Below are positions 1 through 12,573 of a stretch of 64,000 bases of DNA, in pieces. The stretch spans positions 94,178,001 through 94,242,000 of the forward strand of contig NC_043003.1 of NCBI RefSeq assembly GCF_006345805.1, written 5' to 3'. The position numbers and the translations under genes were made by a program. The stretch's first letter is position 1; every line of letters starts with the position of its first letter. The notes below the pieces were generated by a model, which worked only from the letters and a program-made list of their open reading frames with translations, had not been told where the DNA came from and did not search any database. The stretch comes from Octopus sinensis. Its lineage: Eukaryota.

Positions 1-364
1 CTATTAAACGGTCCATAATCACCCACGCCAAACCTTACAGCGGATATATTATAAGTGTGATCTATGTATAGCCGAGGTCATGGGTATTTTGCAATCAATG
101 GACAGTTTCAATGAACGTATCAGCATAATATTCACCTGCAAATGTCGGGCACTAAATCTATTCTCAAACTACAAATAATTTCAACCTCACCCCTCTGTTG
201 TCTCCCCCAAACACTCATCCACCCTCACTTCCACTTTGTATTAAACAGCGTATGTATATATATATATGTATATATATACATATATATATATATATATACA
301 TACATACATACATACATACATACATACATACATACGTACATGTGTGTGTATAGGTGCAGACGTA

Positions 365-381
365 GCCTTGTGAGTGGTATT

Positions 382-423
<42 letters not shown>

Positions 424-548
424 CTTTGTGTCTTTGTGTTCGTGTTCCCCCCCCCAATACCGCTTGAGAACCGGTATTAGTATGTTTATGTCCCAGTAAC
501 TTTAGCGGTTCGGCAAAAGAGACCAACAGAATAAGCACTGGCTTTATT
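365..548 (+). mobile_element. SINE family 1 fragment (central and 3' part)
   Basis: GCCTTGTGAGTGG, then (TG)n, then TTAGCGGTTCGGCAAAAGAGACC...AGAATAAGCACTGG; matches the 929-1333 copy. Confidence 0.7.
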
Positions 549-928
549 TCTGCTTCAGTAACTCAGTGCTGAATCTGTCCGAAATATTATACAAAATGGG
601 TTAATTTCAAGACATTGATGTGCAGGTGATAAGAGCAAAGTTTGAAGGGAATAGTAGTCATTTCCTTTGATTTCTTAGATGAAAACAAATGGAAAATATC
701 ACTTACTGATTTAAGAGAAAAAATATATATAATAATATTCCTTCCTTTAGATTTATTTTTATTGCTTTTGTTGATCATATGCCTTTTTCCTATCAATATT
801 GACAACAAGCTGTAATCACTAATAATGCCTAAATGATCATTTTAGTCACTCGTATTACGTCTTGCTTTATTTGATTGTTTGCACCGTTTGCTTTTTTATC
901 TTATTCGCGCGATTTATATCTATCTCTC

Positions 929-1333
929 TTTTTACTCTTTTTACTCTTTTTACATGTTTCAGTCATTTGACAGCGGCCATGCTGGAGCACCGCCTTTAGT
1001 CGAGCAAATCGAACCCGGGACTTATTCTTTGTAAGCCCAGTACTTATTCTATCGGTCTCTTTTGCCGAACCGCTAAGTGACGGGGACGTAAACACATCAG
1101 CATCGGTTGTCAAGTAATGCTAGGGATACAAACTCAGACACACGAACACATACATATACATATATATACATATATACGACAGGCTTCTTTCAGTTTCCGT
1201 CTACTAAATCCACTCACAAGGCATTGGTCGGCCCGGGGCTATAGCAGAAGACACCTGCCCAAGTTGCCACGCAGTGGGACTGAATCATGTGGTTGGTTAC
1301 CAACCTACTTACCACACAGCCACTCCTGCACCT
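929..1333 (-). mobile_element. Full-length tRNA-derived SINE (family 1; octopus-type, CORE-like central block, internal microsatellite, (AGAGTAAA)n tail)
   Basis: On the minus strand: head GCAGGAGTGGCTGTGTGGTAAGTAGG...TTCAGTCCCACTGCGTGGCAACTTGGGCAGGTGTCTTCTGCTATAGC, then (TA/TG)n, then a 3' half ending GGCGGTGCTCCAGCATGGCCGCTGTCAAATGACTGAAAC and an AAAAGAGT tail. Homologous pieces recur many times in the window. Confidence 0.85.
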
Positions 1334-1382
<49 letters not shown>

Positions 1383-1399
1383 ATCTATCTATCTATCTA

Positions 1400-1432
<33 letters not shown>

Positions 1433-1580
1433 GTCTCTCTGTCTATTTGTCTCTGTCCGTCTGTCTGTCTCAGCACATTTCTCTCTCTCTTCCTCCTTCT
1501 CTTTCGCTCTTTGTGTATATGTACATACGTAAATATATACATATAGATGTACATGTACACGCACATGTACAGAATATATT

Positions 1581-2042
1581 TATATGTATAAGGATATATT
1601 CACGTAAACTCATACGCCATTATTATTTCTTTTCTTCATCATTCATTCACTTATCTTTTAGTACGACTTCTTACCACTTCCTGACGACCCACCCGTATTA
1701 GATTTTACATTGACACACAGTCACACACATATACTATCACAGATGCGTGGGTACGTATATGTGTGTATGTATGTATGTGAGCATCTACATGCAACTATCC
1801 ATATATATATATATATATATATTATATGTATAAGGATATATTCACGTAAACTCATACGCCATTATTATTTCTTTTCTTCATCATTCATTCACTTATCTTT
1901 TAGTACGACTTCTTACCACTTCCTGACGACCCACCCGTATTAGATTTTACATTGACACACAGTCACACACATATACTATCACAGATGCGTGGGTACGTAT
2001 ATGTGTGTATGTATGTATGTGAGCATCTACATGCAACTATCC

Positions 2043-2064
<22 letters not shown>
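1581..2064. repeat. Tandem duplication, 242-bp unit, two near-identical copies
   Basis: TATATGTATAAGGATATATTCACG... starts at 1581 and again at 1823; each unit ends in (TA)n. Confidence 0.95.
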
Positions 2065-2074
<10 letters not shown>

Positions 2075-3649
2075 CAACACATACATAAAAACATTTGTAC
2101 ATATATATACAGGAACATATAGAGCATATATAGAGAAAAATACGACATATGTATTTTACACGTTTTTGTCTGAACATACACATGAATCTATGTAAATTCT
2201 AAATATACGTATATACGTAAAATTAAATGATATAACATATTTCAAGTGAGAATTTGTGTCAAAATAGATTTCTGAATAGCTAATGGATACGCAGTCGTAA
2301 CACATACATGTTTATGTTGGCAACATATAATTACGAATGTAGCTGCATATTTTATAAGGAAACATCCATATACTTCATATATTCAGAAAGACATAAAATA
2401 AAATATTACAAAATAGCTTTTTTATCAAAACATAAAAAATTTCAAAATATCTATTTATCAAAATATATTCACGAATGATTAAAACGTTATATAGGTATAC
2501 TTACATAGCCATTTCTGCACGACTACTAATGTACATATCTAACTATAATGTAACTGATGAATTACATATACTTAGAATTCAATAAAATATTTCATAACAG
2601 CTTTTGCATCAAAATAGATTCGTAAATGATTAATAGTTATGCAACAAAAATCACAATACATTTCTACAGAGTAGTACAAACATATGTGTATATATTATAT
2701 CTAAACATACGTATACTCAGAGAAAATGTTTAAAGACACTATTCCCGTTAAAACAGTTTTCACAAATAATGAAATAGGTATGCAATAAAATGGTCTATAT
2801 AACTATATACAACTTTCTTTTCTGACAATTATCTTCGTACCCATGAATATCATAATTAAACACGACACGAACATTTATTGAGGTTTAAATACTGTATTTC
2901 CAGATTGACTATCAAGATATATTCACAATTTATTCCAAGTGTATGTAAATAAATTACTATATGGTGACATAGATGGTTTTCTACGCACAATTAAATGCGA
3001 TTCGACGTACGTTATATATAATGTTTGAATCAGTAATGATACTATTTGGTAGCCAGACCATTTAAGTATGAATTGTGATTTTACTCTTAGATTTTTATAA
3101 GAGCAACATATGAAATTATTTAAGTTGAGTGTGACATTAGTAAATTAATTGCATATTAGTGGACATTAATTTTTATTGTAAATCCAAATACTTCAAAAAG
3201 TTTGTCTACGAGTTTTCGAAAACGATCTTTTTTAATGAATTTTTGTTAAATGCAACGCCATCATTTCTGTACATATGACCTGATATAAAAAGAAATTTCT
3301 CGAAATGCGGTTTACAATAAACTCAATATGTCACTCGCTTTTGCCGAGTCACTTGCTCCTATGCTAACTTTGATAGGTTCTGTATTCTGCTTTTTTTTAT
3401 TCATTAACTGTTTCAGAAGCGAAAGGAGACCAGATTTTCTAGTACTAAAAACGAATCAATAAATTTTTTAGCGATGGTGGTTTACACAATTACAAACTGC
3501 AAATTTCGAAACTTTCTTGACTTCATACATTAGTTCACACATAGCCTAAGATAACGGTATCAAATCTAAGCCTAAATTTTTAGTGTCAGATCACATTCCA
3601 GGTGCCCATGTATATACACTATATTCAAATATGTTTAAGCCATAATCTA

Positions 3650-4300
3650 TGGATACAAAAATATTTTTTAAATTGGCAGTTTGAATTTGGGTCCGAAATA
3701 ACGTAGAAAATATTTCTTCTTTCATAGACATGGTATCAGCGGGCAGGATCAGATTGTTGTTAAACTTCATGTTTGTGAATAGGTGACTAGAGGTAATGCG
3801 ACTGTTGTTTACCTTTGTCATTGCTATGCTTGGGATTGTTTCCATTTGCTAATAGCTGCATTTATTCTGTAACGGCTTTTCATATATTTGCGTGAAAATC
3901 ATTTTTCCTATGTTAACTAATGTAATAGTAGCTATCAGCGCCATCTTGGACAAAATTTGAGAGTGTTTTCATCCTATATTAGTACTTGTAACCTGACAGT
4001 TGTTAAACCGCATGTACAAGGTATTAATGGAATAAATATAATTATACTCCAAATCTTGTACTTAACACATTTTCTCCTTCATTAAAAGCATGATACATGA
4101 TGTCTGTCCAAACCGATGGAACTCCATAAATGAGCTGAGAATACGACAAGTAAGAGGGGAAACATTGTATAATCCAGTCTTCTTTAAATATCACTATAGT
4201 ATCAAACACAATCTGGCACATAACGTTCTTGAACAGAGGCTATATAAAGTATTTTCCCGCAAAAGTTTACTAGTTTTTAGAGAAACTACAAACTAGGGTT
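3650..4300 (+). pseudogene. Possible highly decayed hAT-type transposase relic
   Basis: ORF 4090-4296 contains MIHDVCPNRWNSINEL, resembling the hAT motif LIQDVxTRWNS. Upstream frames give weak matches to HTxENI (NVENISSFI) and CxAH (CHCYAW). Confidence 0.3.
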
Positions 4301-4731
4301 GTACGGAACTTCTCTTCGATGACTTTTTGTTCAAGTACTGCATCGGTTACTTTGACGCAGAGTTATTGGATCATACGACTCACCTTTTACTCCATATTAA
4401 ATTCCTACATTGTGGCTCATAGGATGCTCTGGATAGAAGCATTATACTTGACGCCTAACTTACCACTCCCTAATTACCAAGTTCAGTAAGGGAGTGTTTG
4501 AATAAGGATGAACTCTACCAAGTTTCCATATCCAAGTGACATTACATGATGAATATGAGGATGACAGTGTTAAAAAATATATATACAGGTATAAGTATAC
4601 TTATATATATAAAAGCATACATACATATGCACACGCACACATGTATACATACACGTGCACACATATATCTGCATACATATACATGCATATATATTCATAT
4701 GTGTATCTGTATATATATATATATGTGTGTG

Positions 4732-4764
<33 letters not shown>

Positions 4765-4834
4765 ATGTGTGTGTGCATGTGTGTGTGTATGTATGTATGT
4801 ATGTATGTATGTATGTATGTATGTATATAATCCA

Positions 4835-5340
4835 AACATGAACAAAGAGAAAACACAATATTGCGAGGACGTGGAACAAGTATAGTGCTATTGGATTCTC
4901 AGGAAAGGAAAGAAAGAAGGAGGATTTAACGTTTCGTGCGGAGCTCTTCGTCAGAAACATAGAAAAAGGAAACGTCCAAGAAATGGAAGACGGAGACAGA
5001 AATTCGCCAACGATACACACGCGGTCACATATTGAAATAGCTGGAAGGGAATGAGTGAAGAAAAAGTTCTTTCAAAGACAGGAGAGTGCAAGAGGAGATA
5101 TGTGTGTATATGTGTGTGGGTATGTGTGTGTGTAATGATAGCACGTGTGTTTGTGTATCTGTGTGTCTGTGTGTGTCGCGGGGGGTTGTGGCTGTTTATC
5201 TATGTGTGTGGTTGGGCTTAGTATCATTTAAGGTCATAGCAAGAATGTATAGTAATTTTGGTAGGAGTGGCTCCTGTTGTGTGTCTACCTACACATGTGC
5301 ATATGAGAATGGTCAATAGAAGGTACTGGTAGTTTGAAGT
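4835..5340 (-). mobile_element. Penelope-like 3' end / pLTR fragment carrying a hammerhead motif
   Basis: Same family as 12100-12290. It ends in a (TACA)n microsatellite and contains the hammerhead motif at 4924-4958. Confidence 0.55.
4924..4958 (-). ncRNA. Minimal type I hammerhead ribozyme motif
   Basis: GTTT CTGACGA A GAGC-TCC-GCAC GAAA CG TT AAAT: canonical core, one stem II mismatch, palindromic ACGT stem III. Confidence 0.65.
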
Positions 5341-6820
5341 ATGTGCGTGTGTGTATATATATATAGTATGTGTGTTTTGTTTGCAGTGTGTGTGTGTATG
5401 CGTAGGGGTTGTGTGTTTGTAGGAGTAACTATACATACAATAAGATATAATGTATTAATATATTAGATATATACTACATATATAATATAGGTGGCACTTT
5501 AGTAATTAAAACCTAAACGCAAGTTAATAAACAAGGGTGCAAAATAGAATCGATAATTGCTAGAAATAAGAGTCAAAACGACTCAAAATAGCCATGGAGA
5601 GCACTAGCCTCATGAACTGACGCAAAGCGGGGAACAAGCAAAAACACCTTTCCATGGTGAGAAAAACTCACAAAATGAAGTAAACATACGTATCCTTATC
5701 ACACACGTGTATATATACGTACATACACACACACACATATATATATATAAATACATATATCTATATACCTGCACACACATATCTATATATACATATACAC
5801 ATACAGTGTATATGCTTTTATAACTCCACGTTTATTTACATGCGTTTATTCATAAATACTTGTCATTTCCTGATAATATATCAACTTTTGTACAAAAGAA
5901 AGTGAATTCTATCCTTGTAGTAACGAAATTAAGCAATGTTAGTGATACATGTGAAAAGAATATATGTGTTTCTTTGGCAGTTTGAAAGAAAGAAATATAG
6001 TCAAACAATATGTCCATATAATTGGATTTTTCTCTTCCCCTCCATATCCACCATTCTTCTTACATGTCCTAATACTGATTAGCAGAGGCTGTTCGTAATA
6101 TATATTATAGGCAGTAAGTATTATTGACAGACATAATAAAGTTTTGCTACCAAGAAATAACGAATGCTATGAAATACAATAAACGATATGTAATTAAGAA
6201 GCTACTGAGAGAGTTTTATGAATGTTTTATCGTATTTTTAGCTGGAAAATTTAAACCTAATACGCTGTGAGAAATTAGGTCAGATGAAAATTTTGTAACT
6301 TTTGCTTTATCTGAAACAGGCAAAGTTTTTATTTTAGATGCATTTACAAAACTTAAGAAGTATGCGGCAAATTTCCTAACGTCCTTATTTTATACACTTT
6401 ACTGTATGTACAATCTCTAAAATACTGATGGATACTCTATAACGTTTGTCGCTAATCACTTTTGAAGAACTACATATCGTAATCTAATGTGTTTTCTAAT
6501 TTTTTCTTCTTGAATAATTGTGGGTAAATAAAATTCTTAACATCGATTTGTTTTTGTTCCAAATATTCGTCAACTGTTCATGGGTTTTGGAAAAGGAACC
6601 ATCTCTAAGTGTCATACGTGAAATCATTTGATAAAAGTATCATAATTCTTGTACAATTTTGGCCAAGATTAACACTAGTTTATTACTGGCACTAAATTTT
6701 AATCGATTTTGTAAGATTTATATAATATTTTGGCATCGGTCTGATTTGAACATTAAATGTGGAGGATCAAATTTCAAACTTAACTGTGCAATGAACTTTG
6801 TCCGGCGGTAAGTATGTATC

Positions 6821-6887
<67 letters not shown>

Positions 6888-6928
6888 GAAAGAATGGAGT
6901 TGAACGACGAATTAACAAAATTCCTTTA

Positions 6929-7011
6929 TTCTCGACATATGTTTCGATGGCTGCATATTCCTAATTCCGAAGGAATAAGGGGTGCATTATGCCGCCTTCT
7001 CATCAGGAAAA
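6929..7011 (-). ncRNA. Type I hammerhead ribozyme with extended stem II
   Basis: TTTTC CTGATGA [GAAGGCGGCAT...CCTTATTCC-TTC-GGAATTAGG...ATGCAGCCATC] GAAA CATATG TC GAGAA. Intact core, GUC cleavage triplet, palindromic ACATATGT stem III. Confidence 0.8.
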
Positions 7012-7142
7012 ACAAGGAACTTATGTCAGCATCAAGATGAACAAAAACTTTTAGATGACTGCCCAAGTTATCTATATATATATATACGCTACTTAAAAAA
7101 TTTATTATGAATGGATTCTTTAAAAACTATCATGAAAAATCA

Positions 7143-8720
7143 ATTATATACATTTATGAGCTTTAGCTCACCCTAGCAACTCTAACAAACAACTTACAGT
7201 AACCCATACTCAATGCCTACCTCATTACCACCCTAATCCATTCACAATTCCAAGCAACACTAGTCCACCACCCGGTTACAATTCCCAACTCTACCCATTC
7301 ATTCACAATTTCAACGACGTTCCCTTCAACAACTCTACATATAAGCCTCAACATATACACCGGAGATACACTTACACATCCGTGCGGATGGGTGAGAGTA
7401 TACATTAAGTGTAGTGATGGGGCTCCCATTTCTAAACACATTTGTACCTGTGTGGTAGTCTCCCTGTGTATATTCACGCACGGGTATAAATACAGGGGGT
7501 ACACGCTCACTTCATTAACGTGTACCCCTCACATGTACTTAGTGTGTGAATGTGTATTTGGGTTTGTTATTTAGGATTTGGGATGTATGTGTTAATTTGT
7601 CTGTGTGGGGAGGGAGTGGTTTTTGGTGTATATTGAGGTTTATAAGTTAGTATAGGTTTGTGTATAAGTCTTGGGTCTGTGGTTTACGTGTGGGTTTTTT
7701 GTGTGTGAATGTTTAGATTAGGGGGATTGCTATATAAGTTTGTTATAGGGTTTAGCAAAGGGAGATTTTATCGTTATATGCTTTTATGAGTTTTGGTTTA
7801 TCATGGTTTTTTTAGGTAATTCGTGGTATTTTGTCTATTTTAGGTGTTGGTTATTTTTTTACATTGTTTCATTCATAATTTTTGAGTGGTGTTCGTTTTG
7901 CCACGTGAATAACCGGGTGGTGGACTAGCGTTGCTTGGAATGTGAATGGAATAGTGTAGTAGTGAGGTAGGCATAGAGAATGGGATTGGGTTACTGCAAG
8001 TTGTTTGTTAGAGATGCTAAGGTGAGTTAAAGCTCATAAATGTATATAATGTTTTTTGTGGGTGTGTAAGTATTGTTGTATATGTCGAGTTTAGTGAGTA
8101 TGTATAGGCGTATATGTGAGGGAGTATATGTATCTTTTGTGTGTGAGTGTTTTGCGTGTGAGTGTGTGTTTTGTGTGTGAATGTGTATATGGGTTTGTTA
8201 TTTAGGTTTTGGGATGTATGTGTTAATTTGTCTGTGTGGGGAGGGAGTGGGTTTTGGTGTATATTGAGGTTTATAAGTTAGTATAGGTATGTGTATAAGT
8301 CGTGAGTCTGTGGTTTACGTGTGTGTATTTGTGTGTGAATGTTTAGGTTAGGGGGTTTACTTTATAGGTTTGTTATAGAGTTTAGCAAAGGGAGATTTTA
8401 TCGTTATATGTTTTTAAGAGTTTTGTTTTATCATGGTTTTTTTAGGGAATTCGTGATAATTAGTCTATATTTTCGATATGGATTATATATAGGTTATATA
8501 TGGATTATATACTTATATTTTTTCATTTATACTTTAATTATTTAAAAGTATTATTTTTATATTTTAAAATTTTGATTTTTTAGATTGGAAGTCCACCTGA
8601 AGATTGTCGATCAAGACAAGAAACGATTGTAGTGGCGGTTTTTTTGACTATTTATTAAATTTTATGTATTGATTAGTCTTTCCTTGTTTGTTTTGCAAAA
8701 TAGTGGTTTTGTCTCAAATA

Positions 8721-8730
<10 letters not shown>
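7143..8730 (+). mobile_element. Rearranged GT-rich non-autonomous element (inverted plus tandem segments) ending in a hammerhead-bearing pLTR-like unit
   Basis: 7143-7278 is an inverted copy of 7910-8050. About 7542-7840 is directly repeated at about 8173-8472 (offset about 631). Hammerhead at 8593-8635; the 3' end TAGTGGTTTTGTCTC runs into (TA)n. Confidence 0.65.
8593..8635 (+). ncRNA. Type I hammerhead ribozyme motif
   Basis: CCAC CTGAAGA TTGTC-GATCAA-GACAA GAAA CGATTG TA GTGG: all three stems pair and the core is intact. Confidence 0.85.
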
Positions 8731-8766
<36 letters not shown>

Positions 8767-8771
8767 AGTTA

Positions 8772-8817
<46 letters not shown>

Positions 8818-8822
8818 TTATC

Positions 8823-8854
<32 letters not shown>

Positions 8855-8908
8855 TTATCTATATATATATATATGGAGTTAAATCCAGGAGTTATTCAAA
8901 TTCTTTAA

Positions 8909-8995
8909 CTTCCGATACATGTTTCGAAGATATCACTGGTATTATTCCAACGGAATAAAATGGTGTAAAACAATGTAATCTTCTCTTCAGGGAAA
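8909..8995 (-). ncRNA. Type I hammerhead ribozyme with extended stem II (same family as 6929-7011)
   Basis: TTTCC CTGAAGA GAAGAT...TATTCC-GTT-GGAATA...ATCTTC GAAA CATGTA TC GGAAG; stem III is slightly altered. Confidence 0.7.
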
Positions 8996-9600
8996 TGAAG
9001 AAATGAAACTCGTCAATAAGACATTTTAAGAGAATATGATGGATATAAATAGCGATTAACTGAACTTCATTAAGTTTGTTAAAAAAAAGTTAGAGGTTAT
9101 AACGTCAAAGGTAGCATATAGAAAGAGGAGGGATAAAGGAAAGAAAAAACGAAATGAATGAAAATTATATAACAATACGTAAATTAAGTAAAACGCTATA
9201 GTCTTGGAAAAAGATATATCTAGTGAATGTGAAATGTAAGAAGAAAATGTGTTTAAATTATATATAATGATAGATATCACTTATATGAACTAAATGTGTG
9301 TTTCTGCCAATGTTTACATGGGTATGCACTCTCTATAACCGTGTTTACAAGAGGATTTTATAAAAAGAATAAAAAATAGTTCAAGATTAATAACACCTGT
9401 GTTTATCTCCATTTATTTATTTATATATATTATACAAAATATTTCACGTAAACCCGGAGTTTCTACGTTTAAAATCAAGCAGTTACAACAATTTTATTTG
9501 TGTGATATGTTGCTACCCTGGTAACTATTTATCTATTTTTCCGTGTTAATTGTTAACAAGAGAAACATACACACATCTATTTATATATATATATATTGAT

Positions 9601-9631
<31 letters not shown>

Positions 9632-9664
9632 AGCAAGATTCTTTATGTGAAATCGTGTGTTGAA

Positions 9665-9948
9665 ATAGATATTGTTGTATTTAGGAATGATCATGTTGCC
9701 AGTTTAGTCAATAAAACACACGCACTATATATTTGGTGTTAGTAAGGAGAGATACACAAATAGGAAAGAAGAAAGCAAAGGACCACTGGTGAGGTCACAA
9801 AAGTATGACGAAAGAATCTGGCCGAAATAAGATTAAGATTCATGTAAAAAATAAACAAAGCTGAAGCAAATTAACACCAAATGTATAGAGCATGTGTTTT
9901 TATTGGCTAAACTGGCAACATGACCATTCCAAAATACCACAATATATA
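9665..9948 (+). mobile_element. Short pLTR-like element with inverted terminal segment and mutated hammerhead
   Basis: 9665-9741 is the reverse complement of 9872-9948. The body from 9741 on is a paralogue of 49497-49705. The hammerhead at 9780-9823 has core CTGGTGA (A6G). Confidence 0.75.
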
Positions 9949-9961
9949 TATATATATATAT

Positions 9962-9993
<32 letters not shown>

Positions 9994-10197
9994 GCTTTCC
10001 GTGACAATATTTTTAATATACGCCACCGTGCTTAACAATCCTGTAAATAATAATAATGGTATTTATATAAGCTTAAAGCTTAAGGCGATCACGTTGCAAT
10101 GCCTAATGAAAATAGTCTACCAAAGGTCACGACAGGAAAAAGGTCACGACAGGAAAAAGAAGGTTTTCCCAACCGTGTGTGTGTTTTGTGTGTGTAT

Positions 10198-10245
<48 letters not shown>

Positions 10246-10437
10246 ATACACACATTGGCCTGCTCGCTTAGCCAGCGGGGTGGCGTCATTTGAAGGCTAA
10301 AACAATGCGAAGTGCATTGTGACCAGCGATGTGTAGCAACATCTGATAGCCTGGTCGGTCACGGTGATCACGGTGATATACACACATACATATACATATG
10401 TGTATGCATGTATATATATATATATATATATATACAT

Positions 10438-10469
<32 letters not shown>

Positions 10470-11459
10470 CTGTGTGTGTGTGTGTACATTCTATATAGAC
10501 AATCAAAAGAAGACCAAACTCCTTCAGCTATATTTCCAGTTTATAGTTATAATCTCTCTAAGCCAATTTTAGGTTTCCACTATAAATCTACACACACAAG
10601 TAAATGTTCTGACATTTTATCATTACATTTTCTTCAGACATGATTTTCTCATAAGTACTTTGCCGTTACCGACGTGACTAAGATCACTTTTATTTCTATA
10701 AATATATTGTGGAGGAATAATCGCTAAAGACACATGGACAAATGTCAGCTTTTCAACTGAAGATACATATATTAGTTCCTTTTACAAGCATACTCATAAG
10801 AAAATATTAGATCTACTCATACTTCGTAAAATCTAAGTAATAAGAAAAACGGAAGAGGATTAACTTTGCTGCGGCGCATCAAATTGAAAATTCACTCCGT
10901 ATTTTCTAGAGCGTCGACCAAATTCTGTTTCAATGAATGAATGTGTATTAAAATACATAATTCAAAATACATAGTAAATTATAAAAAGAAAAAGAATATT
11001 CAAAATTATTTAAATAATTTTGATAATCAAAGTATTATAAATTGTTCAAATGACTAATCGATATTAACCAGAAGGCTATTTGAGACAACATAGCAATTAA
11101 AATAAAGTTTTTTTAAAAAAAGCATTCGCTATTAATGTCCTTTCATTATTTAAAGATATAGCCTTCTGTATTAAAAGTCATCAGACACTGCATCTATAAT
11201 CAATGAGCGACCTTCACGTGAAAGAATAGAAATACCAAAGCATTGTATTACCAAAAGACAGCATTTAAATAGATTTCTATAATTCATATAATTTATAGAT
11301 GAATTAGTGTTAGAGTAATATAGCTCTATCAGACACAACTTCTTATTTTACGATATAATTTATATTGCATTTTCTTTTTTTTAACATTCTCGTTTTCAAT
11401 TGTCTTTAGGTGCCTTATTCCTTTCTTCTCTCATGAAAGCACATACATAACCTATGTAT

Positions 11460-11490
<31 letters not shown>

Positions 11491-11518
11491 TACATACATA
11501 AATACATACATACATACA

Positions 11519-11554
<36 letters not shown>

Positions 11555-11663
11555 TACATATATATATATATATACAGTCGGAATTTACAGGAAAATAAGA
11601 CGGAGACAGGTGTATGACCCACAAACAGGAGTATTAGTTTAACGCTCGGGAAGGTGAGAAAGT

Positions 11664-11699
11664 CTTTTACCTTTCGAGGCTATTCTCTTCAACAGAAAG
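11664..11699 (-). ncRNA. Minimal hammerhead-like motif, A6U core variant
   Basis: CTTT CTGTTGA A GAG-AATAGC-CTC GAAA GG TA AAAG; same family as 37671-37706. Confidence 0.45.
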
Positions 11700-11849
11700 G
11701 AACACGAGAAAATAAACAGAGTGAGAATGAAAATGCTTTAGGGATTAGCGGTCTATCATGGCGAAAGTCCTTCTCAAGCAATAAATTTACAAGTTTGGTT
11801 TCCCAGATTCTGTAGCATAGATAGTCCGTCCTCCTCTTGGACGGTGCAC

Positions 11850-11975
11850 TGGTCCCGTCCAAATGGAGTGAACTGGAACAAAGTGAAATGCAGTGTTTTG
11901 TTCAAGAACACATTAAGATCACAGTCTTATGATCATGAGTGCAACACATTAACCCCTTAGCCATACGCTTCCATA
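11850..11975 (-). mobile_element. tRNA-derived SINE fragment (family 3)
   Basis: TGGAGTGAACTGGAACAAAGTGAAATGCAGTGTTTTGTTCAAGAACAC...ATGATCATGAGTGCAACAC...CCTTAGCCATACGC; homologous in reverse to 26664-26800. Confidence 0.55.
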
Positions 11976-12147
11976 TATATATATATTGATTATAATCACC
12001 CCGTGGATTTATATGGATAACATCATACAAAATTCTGGTGCATCTAACTTAAGTACCATATTCATTTGAATCTAAATTTTGCTGAACTTATATACATATA
12101 TTGGCGATTTCCTTCCTCCGTCTTCCTTTCTATTGGACCTTTTCCTC

Positions 12148-12184
12148 TGTTTCTGAAGAAGACCGTTGCTCGAAACGTTAAACA
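12148..12184 (+). ncRNA. Minimal type I hammerhead ribozyme motif (family of 4924-4958)
   Basis: TGTTT CTGAAGA A GACC-GTT-GCTC GAAA CG TT AAACA: 5-bp stem I, intact core, one stem II mismatch. Downstream sequence matches the 4835-4925 flank and ends in (TA)n. Confidence 0.7.
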
Positions 12185-12573
12185 ATATTTCTTTCCTTTC
12201 CTGAGCATCTGCTAATACTTTACATGTAGCACGTCCTCGCGTTGTTGTTTTGTTTGTGTTTGTTGTTGTTCTTTTGGTGGGATTTACCACATATATATAT
12301 ATATATAAATTCCCTACTAGGAATGACCAACTTTAAGAGAATCTTACATTGCTTATAAACTTTACATCTGGATGGACTCATATTAAACTCTGTTGGACTT
12401 TTGGAATTTACTCAAACGATATTGGAATATTACATATATATACCATTATGCCTATAAAACGGATTTATGAACTCAATAACCATACAAATCTTACATCTAT
12501 TTTCTTTCCTCCACCTCACTCTCTATTTGTATCACATCGAAAATAACTATGACTTAATTTTTTCTCTTACACC

